A stretch of 64,000 bases of DNA from Mobula hypostoma (Eukaryota). The stretch is taken from assembly GCF_963921235.1 (NCBI RefSeq), contig NC_086097.1, positions 180,484,001-180,548,000 on the forward strand. The letters are read 5' to 3'. Shown piece by piece: positions 15,351 through 26,586 of this stretch (its first letter is position 1; every line of letters begins with the position of its first letter). Both the position numbers and the translations under genes were made by a program. The notes beneath the pieces are model-generated. The model was not told the origin of the DNA. It worked only from the letters and a program-made list of their open reading frames with translations, and ran no database searches.

Positions 15351-16184
15351 CTAGACTCTTCAGTCTCTCCCCATAACTGAAATGCTCCATCTCTGACAAC
15401 ATTCTTCCTGGTCAATCTCCTCTGCACCCTCTCCAGTATAATCATATCCTTACTATAGTATGGCAAATGGAACTGTACACAGTTCTTGTGGCCTAACCAA
15501 TGCCTTATCAAATTGCATCTTATCCAACCAATGTACAAAAATAGACAAATTGTGCAAATAGAAATCAATAATGCTGAGAGCATGTAGAGTCCTTGAAAGT
15601 GAGTCTGTATACCGACAAGTTACAAGCACTAAACTTGTAATTATGAAATATTTGAGACAGTGCTGGACTGACAAGTTTTTCTTTAGCTGTAGAATAATTT
15701 CATCTACTCTAATAGGATATTTGTTGTACTCTGCAGTGCTAACATAGTCAACACCGACCATCTGCTAATACAGATCCTAAACGGGTTCGGAGCACCCAAC
15801 TTGTGCTTGTTGAATACATATGAACGAGTGTTTGGGAAACAGACAGAATGGGTTTGTCGGCTGCTGGCATCTTCTGCCTGGTTTGCAGCAACATTGTCAC
15901 ATCTTGCTGAGAAGTCAGAATGGTAGAGTTAAATGCCCTGATTTAGCTACATTTTGGCCTATGTATTTATTGAATTATACAGCCGGGCAGCCACATTCCT
16001 AGCTTGTGAACTGTTCGAGTAACTTTGGGAGGAACTGTCTCTTGGATTTTTTTTAACTTACTGATCATTGCAGCAGCTTCAATCTTCTTGATATTTAGTG
16101 AGATTTCTCCTCCATCCAGTATTGGATTCCAGACAAGCAGTGTTACAAATCAGCGAGATCTGGAGAAGTGGAGATGAGGTTAGA

Positions 16185-16405
16185 ATAACGCCTTACAGTG
16201 CCAGTGACCAGGGTTCAATTCCGGGCGCTGTCTGTGCTGAATTTGAATGTCCTCCCTGTGATCGCATGCATTTCCTCTGGGTGCTCCGGTTTCTCCACAT
16301 TCCAAAGGTTACTAGGTTAATTAGTCACATAGATGTAACTGGCAGCAACGGCTTGTGAGACCGGAAGGGTCTGTTACCATGGTGTATTCCAAATAAGCCA
16401 AATAA
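16185..16405 (+). mobile_element. V-SINE (tRNA-derived, HE1-like); related copies near 13560, 22135(-), 54300, 57900, 58450(-), 59420(-), 60590, 63195
   Basis: B-box-like GGTTCAATTCC followed by the V-domain core (…TTCCTCTGGGTGCTCCGGTTTC…ACATTCCAAAG). Confidence 0.75.
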
Positions 16406-17359
16406 ATGAACACCAGTGAACACGAGGAGTCGGATGTATTCTTAGATCATAACATTGTGACGAAGTGTGGATCATTGGACTCCTCAGTCTTGAAAGACCA
16501 ATCCCTATTTTTGAGACTGTTTCCACAATCCACAGTCAGGAGGTTCATCAGCTCCTCATCACACCATGATGCCATGTAAGAATTTTGTATATGTTGATAA
16601 TTCTTCTGAACTGCAACCTTGTCAGTGCAGTTATTGCTCATTGGACAAACCCTCCTCCCACAAACCAACCCGGTGATTCTTTGTTCCTTTCCCTCTTTCT
16701 TGAGTTGATTTTTTATTTTGGTCTAGAGAGTGCCATCTCACCAGGGCTCTGTTTAATTGCAGTATGATATCTTTACTCCTGAACTCAAATCCTCTTGTAA
16801 TAAAGGCCATTGCACTTTTAACCTTCCTAATTACTTGTTGTAGCTGTACATTAACTTTCAGTGATTTGTGTACAAAGTTCTGGGTGTCTCTGAACTCTAA
16901 ATCCTTTCCCTTGCCATTTAAAAAAAAATGCAATGGCTTTCTGTATTGCATTCAGCCATGGTGAATGATAGCGCACTTTGCCCTTTCACTTGGCATGTCT
17001 TTGTCCCCCTTGTTCTGCATTCACTATTTACCCCACCATGGCCTTGCACCATATTTTTTGCCGGTGCTTCACTTTCCCTATAACTGTAACAACATGTTCT
17101 AATTGTTTTTTCCTTGTACCCCCTCGAGATGTCAATGTGATGAAGTTATCTGCATGAATGCCATGCAAAACAAGGGTTTTTCATTGTACCATAGTATCTG
17201 GGGCAATAATCAACCAATTTTCTAATTTCCTTGCAACTTGCACTGCCACTTGACTTTGTATCATCAGCTTATGAGAATACATCTCACTTGGGGTGGGATA
17301 CCTGGATACATTACAAAGGTTATCTACATGATCTGACTGTTGAAAAACTGAATGGTAGG

Positions 17360-19370
17360 CATCTAATGGACAGTATAAAAATAAAAGAGAAGAAGCATAA
17401 CATAGCAAAGACGAGTGGGAAGCCGGAGGATTGGGAAACTTTTAAAGAGCAACAAAAGGTAACTAAAAAGGCAATATGCGGAGAAAAAATGAGGTACAAA
17501 GGTAAACTAGCCAAGAATATAAAGGAAGATAGTAAAAGCTTCTTTAGGTACGTGAAAAGGAAAAAAAAATAGTTAAGACCAAAATTGGGCCCTTGAAGAC
17601 AGAAGCGGGTGCATTTACTATGGGGAACAAGGAAATGGCAGACGAGTTAAACAGGTACTTTGGATCTGTCTTCACTAGGGAAGACACAAACAATCTCCCA
17701 GATGTAATAGTGGCCAAAGGACCTAGGGTAATGGATGAATTGAAGGAAATTTATATTAGGCAGGAAATGGTGTTGGATAGGCTGTTGGGTCTGATGGCTG
17801 ATAAGTCCCCGGGACCTGATGGTCTGCATCCCAGGGTACTTAAGGAGGTGGCTTTAGAAATCATGGACGCATTGGTCATCATTTTCCAATGTTCTATAGA
17901 TTCAGGATCAGTTCCTGTGGATTGGAGGGTGGCTAATGTTGTCCCTCTCTTCAAGAAGGGAGGAAGAGAGAAAACAGGGAATTATAGACCAGTTAGCCTG
18001 ACATCAGTGGTGGGAAAGATGCTGGAGTCAATTATAAAAGATGAAATTACGACACATCTGGATAGCAGTAACAGGATCGGTCCAAGTCAGCATGGATTTA
18101 CGAAGGGGAAATCGTGCCTGACTGATCTTCTGGAATTTTTTGAGGATGGAACTATGAAAATGGCCAAGGGAGAGCCAGTGGATGTAGTGTACCTGGACTT
18201 TCAGAAAGCCTTTGATAAAGTCCCACTTAGGAGATTAGTTGGCAAAATTAGGGCACATGGTATTGGGGGCAGAGTACTGACATGGATTGAAAATTGGCTG
18301 GCTGACAGAAAACAAAGAGTAGCGATTAATGGGTCCCTTTCGGAATGGCAGGCGGTGACCAGTGGGGTACCGCAGGGTTCAGTGCTGGGACCGCAGCTGT
18401 TTACAATATATATTAATGATTTAGATGAGGGAATTAAAAGTAACATTAGCAAATTTGCTGATTATACAAAGCTGGGTGGCAGTGTGAAATGTGAGGAGGA
18501 TGTTATGAGAATGCAGGGTGACTTGGACAGGCTGGGTGAGTGGGCAGATGCAGTTTAATGTGGATAAATGTGAGGTTATCCACTTTGGTGGTAAGAACAG
18601 GAAAGCAGATTATTATCTAAATGGAATCAAGTAAGGAAAAGGGGAAGTACAACGAGATCTAGGTGTTCTTGTACATCAGTCACTGAAAGCAAGTGTGCAA
18701 GTACAGCAGGCAGTGAAGAAAGCTAATGGCATGCTGACCTTCATAACAAGGGGAATTGAGTATAAGAGCAAAGAGGTCCTTCTGCAGCTGTACAGCGCCC
18801 TGGTGAGACCACACCAGGAGTACTGTGTGCAGTTTTGGTCTCCAAATTTGAGGAAGGACATTCTTGCTATTGAGGGAGTGCAGAGTAGGTTCACAAGGTT
18901 AATTCCCGGGATGGTGGGACTGTCATATGTCGAAAGATTGGAGCGACTGGGCTTGTATACTTTGGAATTTAGGAGGCTGAGAGGGGATCTTATTGAAACA
19001 TATAAGATTATTAAGGGATTGGACACGCTGGAGGCAGGAAGCATGTTCCCGCTGATGGGTGAGTCCAGAACCAGAGGCCACAGTTTAAGAATAAGGTGTA
19101 GGCCATTTAGAACGGAGTTGAGGAAAAACTTTTTCACCCAGAGAGTGGTGGATATATGGAATGCTCTGCGCCAGCAGGCTGTGGAGGCTAAGTCTCTGGA
19201 TGCTTTCAAGACAGAAATGGATAGAGCTCTTAAAGATAGCGGAATCAAGGGTTATGGGGATAAGGCAGGAACTGGATACTGATTGTGGATGATCAGCCAT
19301 GATCACAGTGAATGGCGGTGCTGGCTCGAAGGGCTGAATGGCCTACGCCTGCACCTATTGTCTATTGTCT
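17360..19370 (+). mobile_element. CR1 LINE, 5'-truncated, relatively young
   Basis: ORFs 17593..18558 and 18695..19282 with [31 protein letters not shown]; ends in (ctattgt)n-like tail; few disablements. Confidence 0.95.
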
Positions 19371-19669
19371 CACTGCACCTTTATTCCATGCCCTGTCTAA
19401 TGAATCCTGTGTACCTTGTTCATCACTTTATCTACTGTGCTGCCATCTGCAGGATTCTTTGACTTGTACACTGAGATCTTCCTGTTTCTTAATACTTGAT
19501 AAGTACTACCCTTATTAGTCCTGAAGTGCACCACTTCACAGTTCTTAAGGCTTTAAATTCCATCTGTCATTGCTTCATCCATTTACCCGCTGATCAATAT
19601 CATCCTGTAGCTAATAAACATGCGTGTATCGACAACACAACTGAGGTACTGAGGGAACAACAGACATAA

Positions 19670-20190
19670 AGTTCAAAGTAAATTTATTATCGATATATAA
19701 ATGTCACCATGTACAACAGATCAGTGACGGGGCAAGTGAAGCTGAGTGAAGTTATCCTCTCTGGTTCAAGAGCATGATGGCTCAAGGGTAATAACGGTTC
19801 CTGAACTTGGTGTGGGTCCTGATACTCCGGTACCTTCTTCGTGATGGCAGCAGTAAGAAGAGAACATAGCCTGGGTGGTGGCGGGTCCTTGATGATGTAT
19901 GCTGCTTTCTTGTGTCAGCACTCTGAGTAGATGTGCTCAATGGTGGGGAGGGCTTTAACCTTGATGGACTGGGCCATATCCATTACTTTTTTGCAGGATT
20001 TTCCATTCAAAAGCATTGATGTTTCCATACCAGGCCAGTCAATAAACTCTCCACCACATAGCTATAGAAGTTTGTCAAAGTTTTAGATGACATGTCAAAT
20101 ATTTGCAAACTTCTAAGGAAGTAGAGGTGCTGCCATGCATTCTTCGTAGTTGCACTATGTACTGGGTCCAGGACAGATCCTCTGAAATGT
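19670..20190 (-). mobile_element. Rex/Babar-type LINE 3' fragment
   Basis: Similar to the 38270-39035 copy, same type of tail. Confidence 0.65.
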
Positions 20191-21074
20191 TGGAAGATCT
20201 CAGCAGGTCATGCAGCATCATCAGGACTTGAGGGTGTGGGTAGAAGAAAGAAAAGCATGGTCGAGGGTCGGTGATCCTGTTAGATGAGTGATAAAACGGA
20301 AGGAAAATGTGAAAGGAGAGGATTGGTGATCCTTCAGTAGAAGAAATGGGGGAGTGGTGATAGAGAGACTGAATTAGGATATAAGAAAATAGGAGGAGCT
20401 CCTTAAACCTGCTTTATCATTCAATATGATCAGAGCTAATGTCTCCTGCAAAAGATGTAAGGGAGGTTAAACAACTGAACTAGCAGAACTCGATATGGGA
20501 CTAAAGTTACTTGGAAGTAACCTAGAGAGCTATTATTACTAACTGTTCCTTAAGGTAGCTCAACTCCTTCTCCTGGGTAACTAGAGACAAGCATGAATGC
20601 CGGCCCTGTCACTGACACCCACATCCCGGAAGAAGCTGTGACAAATGGTTCAGTGGGCTAGTGTGCAAACCTGTGGCACAATGCAATGTGAAGACCACAT
20701 CCTGTTTAATTGCTGCCTTGCCCTGATGATTCACTCTGACAGGAAGATCTCACTCATAGGCAGTTCCAGGCTTGCTCAGCCCCCTTAACGGTTAAGGTGT
20801 GGCTCAAGCAGTCTTTGCAGGTTATTTACCAAATAAGGCAAAGACTCTGTACTTTTCAAACCAGCAACTTGTGCAGGGTTTAACCCTTGGAGAACTGGAA
20901 AACTCTTGTTCAAGATATGTCCAATGCCAACATTACCTACTCCTGCTACCACCCGAGGGGCTGAGCCTTACTGGCCACAGTGCTTTCCTGAGAAGAAAAA
21001 CTGACAGTATTTTGAAGACTGACATATGCTATTTTAGAATTTGCTTCCCTGTTTTCAAAACACTTCAAGTTCTC

Positions 21075-21695
21075 AGACATCCCTACATCTATAACCCCAC
21101 CAGGCCCTACACCTCTTCCAGTTTCTGTAACTCCCTCCAGCCCCCATACCTCTATAATCCCATCCAGCCCCTATACCTCTTCCTGTCTCTGTAACCCCCA
21201 TCCAGCCCCTACACCCTCCTCTAACCCAATCCTGTTCCTATGCCCCTCCCTGTTTCTGTAGCCTCCCTTGTTCTTACACCTCCTCTCTAATCCCTCCAGC
21301 CCTATACACCTCCCTCTGTGATCCCCTGCCTCTTTACCCTATTTCTATATATCCTCCCTTGCCCCAACCCCTCCAACCACTACACTCCTCTTTCTCTGTA
21401 ATTCATCCAGCCCTGCACTGCTCCCTGTCTCTGTGACCACCTCTAGACCCTACACTTTTCCTCTGATTATTGCTATTTCCTCTCTAGTTTTTGCACTCTT
21501 CCCTCTCTAACCCCTCCAACCCTCATAGCTCTTCTTTCTGTAACTCCTTCCTGCCCCTATATCCCCTACACTCCTCCCTCTCTCCAACCCCTAACCCCCT
21601 CCCAATCTCTGTACCTCTCGCCTGTCCTTAAACCATTCCCATCACTGTGACCCACTAAACAACTCCTTCTCTCACCCCCTCCAGCCTGATACTCT
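21075..21695. repeat. Degenerate C/T-rich minisatellite (~33-35 nt unit, ctctgtaaccccctccagcccctacaccctc-like)
   Basis: Recurrent ctctgtaa / ccagcccctaca motifs with strong strand asymmetry. Confidence 0.8.
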
Positions 21696-24600
21696 CCCTG
21701 TCTAATTGGTTGGCTGTTGCTTGACTGCAGGTTTGTGATAGTAAATGATTGGCTCATTGAGTGGCAGGATTCAGGCTCTGAGTCAGCAACAGGTAAACTG
21801 CATTCCACTCCTTATAGGGAAGAGTGCCAGCTCAGGTGAAGCAGACAGTCAGTTACTGAAAATTGGTCTAAGGACATGATATTTCTGCCTCTTAAGGGAA
21901 GCAATAGTCCTTTGTTCCCGCTCTGCACTCAGAGTGGCTGCAGATCCCAACACAAGAAGTTTGAAATTGAATTCAGTAAATTTGGAAGTCTGACTAAATG
22001 GCCAAGAAAACTTGACTTGGTTCAATCTCAGGAATGAAAAAAAGCTAGTCCTTCTGGATCAACACTTGACTCCAGATTTTGTCTGCCACTTCCCTTACAG
22101 CACAAAGTGTAGTTATTAGCTTAAAAATTAGCTTTATTTATCACATGTACAGCAAAACATCAAAACATAGTGAAATGTGTTTGCGTAAACAACCAACGCA
22201 GTCCAAAGATGTGCTGGGGGCAACCTGCAGGTGTCACCATGATTCCAATGCCTAACATGTCCACAGTTTACTAACCCAAACACCTTTGGAATGTAGGAGG
22301 AAACTGGAACACCCACACAGTCATGGGGAGAATTTTCAAACTCCTTACAGACAGTGGCAGGAATTGAACCCTGATCGCAAGCACTAGAAAATGTTACACA
22401 ATAGTGCCGCCCTAATTCTCCTCGGTCCTGATGCAGGGTTTTGACCAAAAATGTCAACTGTCCTTCTGTCTCCTCGAATACTGCCTGCTTGACTGATGAT
22501 TTCCTCCAGCAAGTTGTTTTTTTGCTCCAGATTCCAGCATTATGCTTTTGGTTACCATAATCGTGCCTACATCCCAAGGGAAATTTTATAAAGCACTCTT
22601 TTTATTTGGGAGTCATCTTCCTTGAAAGCCCAGCATTCATTAAATGGAGAGGGGCACTGAATCCCATTAATCCAGGACTAATGAGTTACTTTGTTTATAA
22701 TGGGAAGAAAGGAAGAACAACAAATTTCCATTGCTACAGTAACTTTTTAAATTTTTAGGCAGTGTCTCAGGATTTAGGATGACATACTGCCAGTTGATTC
22801 AGTGAGTTTTGAGGTGGTGAGACCAAAGGGATCTCTAAGCACTTCCACAGATCCAGTGGGTTGGTATTTTATCAGGTGGTGAGTTCTTCCTAATGAAAGG
22901 CCTCAAGGTTCTGTGTGTCATCATGAATACTCGTCCACTTTAGGTGATCATGGGCCAGGTAGACCCACGAGTCAGTGACGATATTGCATTTCTTCACGAA
23001 GGCTTTAGGCATATACTTGAATTTTTTTTCTCTGTCCACCCTGCAATCTCTTTGCACAGCATAGCTCAGAAGTGTATTCCGGTCTGATGTAAACAAGGCT
23101 TGTTCAATATATCCTCAATAAAGGAGTTTGTTTGGAAAAAGGGTCTTTGACCTGAAACATTAGCTCTGTTTCTCTGTCCGTGGATGCTCATGGAGTGTTT
23201 CCTGCATATTTGTGTTGTTATTTCAGTTTCCCATCATCTGGAGGTTTTTGATTTCCACATAATAAGGATGAGGCAAAACAATAAGAATTATATGAAGAAA
23301 AATGTTCTAACACAATGAATTGATATACAGTGGAATATATTGATGAGGAAGTAGTAGAAGTTGATCCAAGTGTGGTATTTAAAGAACTGGATAAGTATCT
23401 GGAAGGAAAAAGGTGGGAAGTAGAACTGGCAACATTACCCTTATTTAGATCTAGTAGAGACTTGACAGGAAAGTGGCTTCCTTCTGCTGTAAATATTCTA
23501 TGATTCTGTGAAACCCATTTACCTTGAACTGATATTAGTTTCCAGATGAATAGCAGGCAAAAAGAACAGGAAGACACCACCCACTTTGTTTCACAAATGG
23601 TCATGGTTTTTTTAAGTCTTGTTGAGAGAGCAGATAGTGCAGCTTTTTAATCTGGCAAAAAGTGGTGCAGATAAGAACATAAGAAAAAGGAGTGGGATTA
23701 AGTCATTTGGCCCACTGATCCTGCTCCACCATTCAATAAGACTATGATTGTTTTAGCAATGTCATTGTGTTTATTTCAGTTTACTGTGTAAATTATGTAT
23801 AATTCATGTTAATTTAAGTTTATATTAATTTTTGATTGTTAGGTAAATGCTGCTGCTGCATAAAAGCTACTTTACAAGGCCAGGGTATGTGTGTCCAGGT
23901 TCCTTAAGACTGCCAAAGCCAGAGGAAGTAGTGGAGATAGGCTCCCACTTCCTTTTAAATGCTCTCAATGGTACGGGTCTCAAAAAGCTTCTGACAATCA
24001 AGTCCAGCTCCTGGCCTTCAATGTGTGGCTTAGCTACCTAGCCCAGCAGAACTGTACCTACCGACAGAAGGGGCAAAGGTGGGTTACTGGTTTCAGGCAG
24101 ATGGGGTTCAACAGCCATGTTTGGCAGTTCATCTAGAAGGAAAATTCTGATCTCAAACCTCTTCTGCCTTGTGGCCTTGCCCAGTCATGGGGAAGGCTTC
24201 AGGGATAAACCCCTAGGGAAAAATCCAAAGCTGGAGTCCCTAAGGCAGTCCTATGTTGAGTTCAACGCTGCCTGGCAACTCCTGTGATGCAACTGGTGCA
24301 AACTGTATCTGTCTCTGCCATTCCTTTGGATTTATCAGCTGTGTGGAGAGGGAGAGCTTGTTGTGTGGGCAACAGCTTGCTCTCCATATCCTACTGCCCT
24401 GGCTTTTATATTACATAGACAGCTAGGATGAAATATCCATGATCAACCCTGACTAACAGATAGCTTCATGTGTGTCCATGACAATAAATTTGAAAGCAAA
24501 ACACCAATTTCCAGCATTATCTCCGTATGTCTTAATTCCTTTAATGCCCAGGAATGTTTCTGTCTTTTGAATGAAACTGGTGGGTGATCTTTCACAGCCC

Positions 24601-25999
24601 TCCAGATTAGAGAATTCCAAATGTTCTCTACTTTCTGCCTGAAGGAACATCTCAATTCAGTCCTAAAAGGCCAACTCCTTCTGTTGAGATCCACTGTGTC
24701 ATACTCATAACTCTTAGACAGAAGACTGTGGATTTAGCTCTTACTCTTCAATCCTGCAGTGAGCAATTCACAAAACATTTTATTCTCCAGTCTGTGCAAT
24801 GACAGGGGAGAGTACAACTCAATAAGTATTAAGCTCTTCAACTTCGGGAAGAATATTCTTGCTTTCTGCCACAACTAGAGTCCCCCAAATGGGATCATTC
24901 TAGTAAAATTCTCCCCAAGAACCTTCTACAAGGCCAGATATTCTCCTTAAATCATGGGACTCGAACTGAACCTTTAACCTAGCTCAAGTCTTTCTTGCAA
25001 AATTGTGGGGAGAGCCTTGATCTGCTGCTCTCCTGGTGAAGGCACTCCCTCAGTGTTGCTGGGGAGGGAGTTCCATGATTTAGATCTGCAGTAATGGAGA
25101 TATATCTCCAATTTGTGATGCTGCAGGGATTGAAGGGAAACTTTCAGTTAGTTGTGTTCCTCTGGGCACAAGAAGGGTGAGCTTAGGGATGCTGTTGGAC
25201 AAATAAATGAAGCCTACAGCCAGGGTCAAGTGTCAAGTGGCACTCGAAGAAGGCAGCTTCCATCACTATGGACCCTCACCATCCAGGACATGCCCTCTTG
25301 TCATTACTACTATCGGGGAGGAAATACAGGAACCTGAAGATCCATTCTCAATGATTCAGGAGCAGCTCCTTCCCCTCTGCCATCAGATTTCTGAATGATC
25401 TATGTTTTGCTGAATCCTCAGTGCAAGATTGAAGAGTAAGAGCTAAATCCACAGTCTTCTGTCTAAGAATTATGAGTATGACACCGTGGATCTCAACAGA
25501 AGGGGCTAGCCAATTAGGACTGAATTGAGATGTTCCCTCAGGCAGAAAGTAGTGAACATTTGGAATTCTCTATTCTGAATGAAACTCATTTTGTTTTTGC
25601 TATATTTATTAATTTTGTAATTTATTGCCTATGCACTCTTGCTACAAAATAACAATTTTCATGTCAATAAACTTGATTCTGATTCAGATTGCCAGAAACA
25701 TTTGGCGGGTCGGGTATCATCGATGGAAAGAAAAACAAAGTCAACATACGTAGCCATGGAACCTTTTCACGTTGGTTACCCTTCAATGTCAACCTTGAAA
25801 TCCTACCCCTCCTGACAGGATTTCCATTACAAAAAAAGAGAAACTCTGCAGATCTCTTTCACCATTTAGTGGCAGTGTGTTGAATGCTTTTCATAAGGTT
25901 TTTCTGTTCCTCTCTTTTCAGATATTGACTGACCAGCTAATAGTCAACGTTTTCGTTTCGGATTCCCAGTATCTGCAGCTATTTTACCTTAGGTTCTCT

Positions 26000-26570
26000 C
26001 CCCACAAGGTGGCGACCCGCTTCCACAATACTACGCTTCCGAGCTGAAGTGCACTCTGCAGAAGGCGGGATAATCACCGGCTGTCACTGATTGATTGACA
26101 ACTCGTCAAGAGCGGTGGAATCACCAACATGCAAAGGCGGAGGGCGAGGCAGCCGGCAGTAATTGGACATAAGGCGAGTTGACACTGGTGACTGGACATA
26201 AACTGTATAGGTCGGCGCTAGTTGGCAGCTCGACGCCGGATTTTGGGGTGGATCGCAACGGCTCGATGGGCGGTGTCAACGCTGAGACGGTTGGGCGGAA
26301 CAGGTTTGTGTAATTGGCGAGGGATCGGGGTCAATTGGTCTTGATGGACGGATCCGCCTCGACGCCGGGGATTGGCTTGGGGGCGGGCTCACGGTGGTGA
26401 TGGACAGTTGGAGGGCGGAGTCAGCACCGGAGCTGAGAGGGGCGGTCTTCACTGACGGATGGGCGGGGTAGTTTCACTGATAATCATCGGCGTGGGCGGT
26501 GATGGATGAGTTTGAGGCCTGACAATGTTTGTGTGAGAAACAGCGACGCGCAGCTTGACGATAGTGACAT
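26000..26570. promoter_or_regulatory. CpG-island-like promoter of the UBA-UBX-LRR gene
   Basis: The most conspicuously CpG-rich non-repeat stretch in the window; multiple GGGCGG (Sp1-type) and ATTGG (inverted CCAAT) motifs directly upstream of the ATG. Confidence 0.75.
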
Positions 26571-26586
26571 GGAGAACGGGGCAACA
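26569..26586 (+). CDS. UBA-UBX-LRR gene exon 1 (MENGAT)
   Basis: gacATGG Kozak-like start at the edge of the CpG-rich region; donor ACA|gtgagt, phase 0, in frame with exon 2. Confidence 0.65.

Noticed and set aside
16185..16240. tRNA gene
   Set aside because: Only a B-box-like SINE head; no cloverleaf, and it continues into the V-SINE core.
21075..21695. CRISPR-like or coding repeat array
   Set aside because: Degenerate minisatellite with no constant repeat/unique spacer structure, in eukaryotic context.
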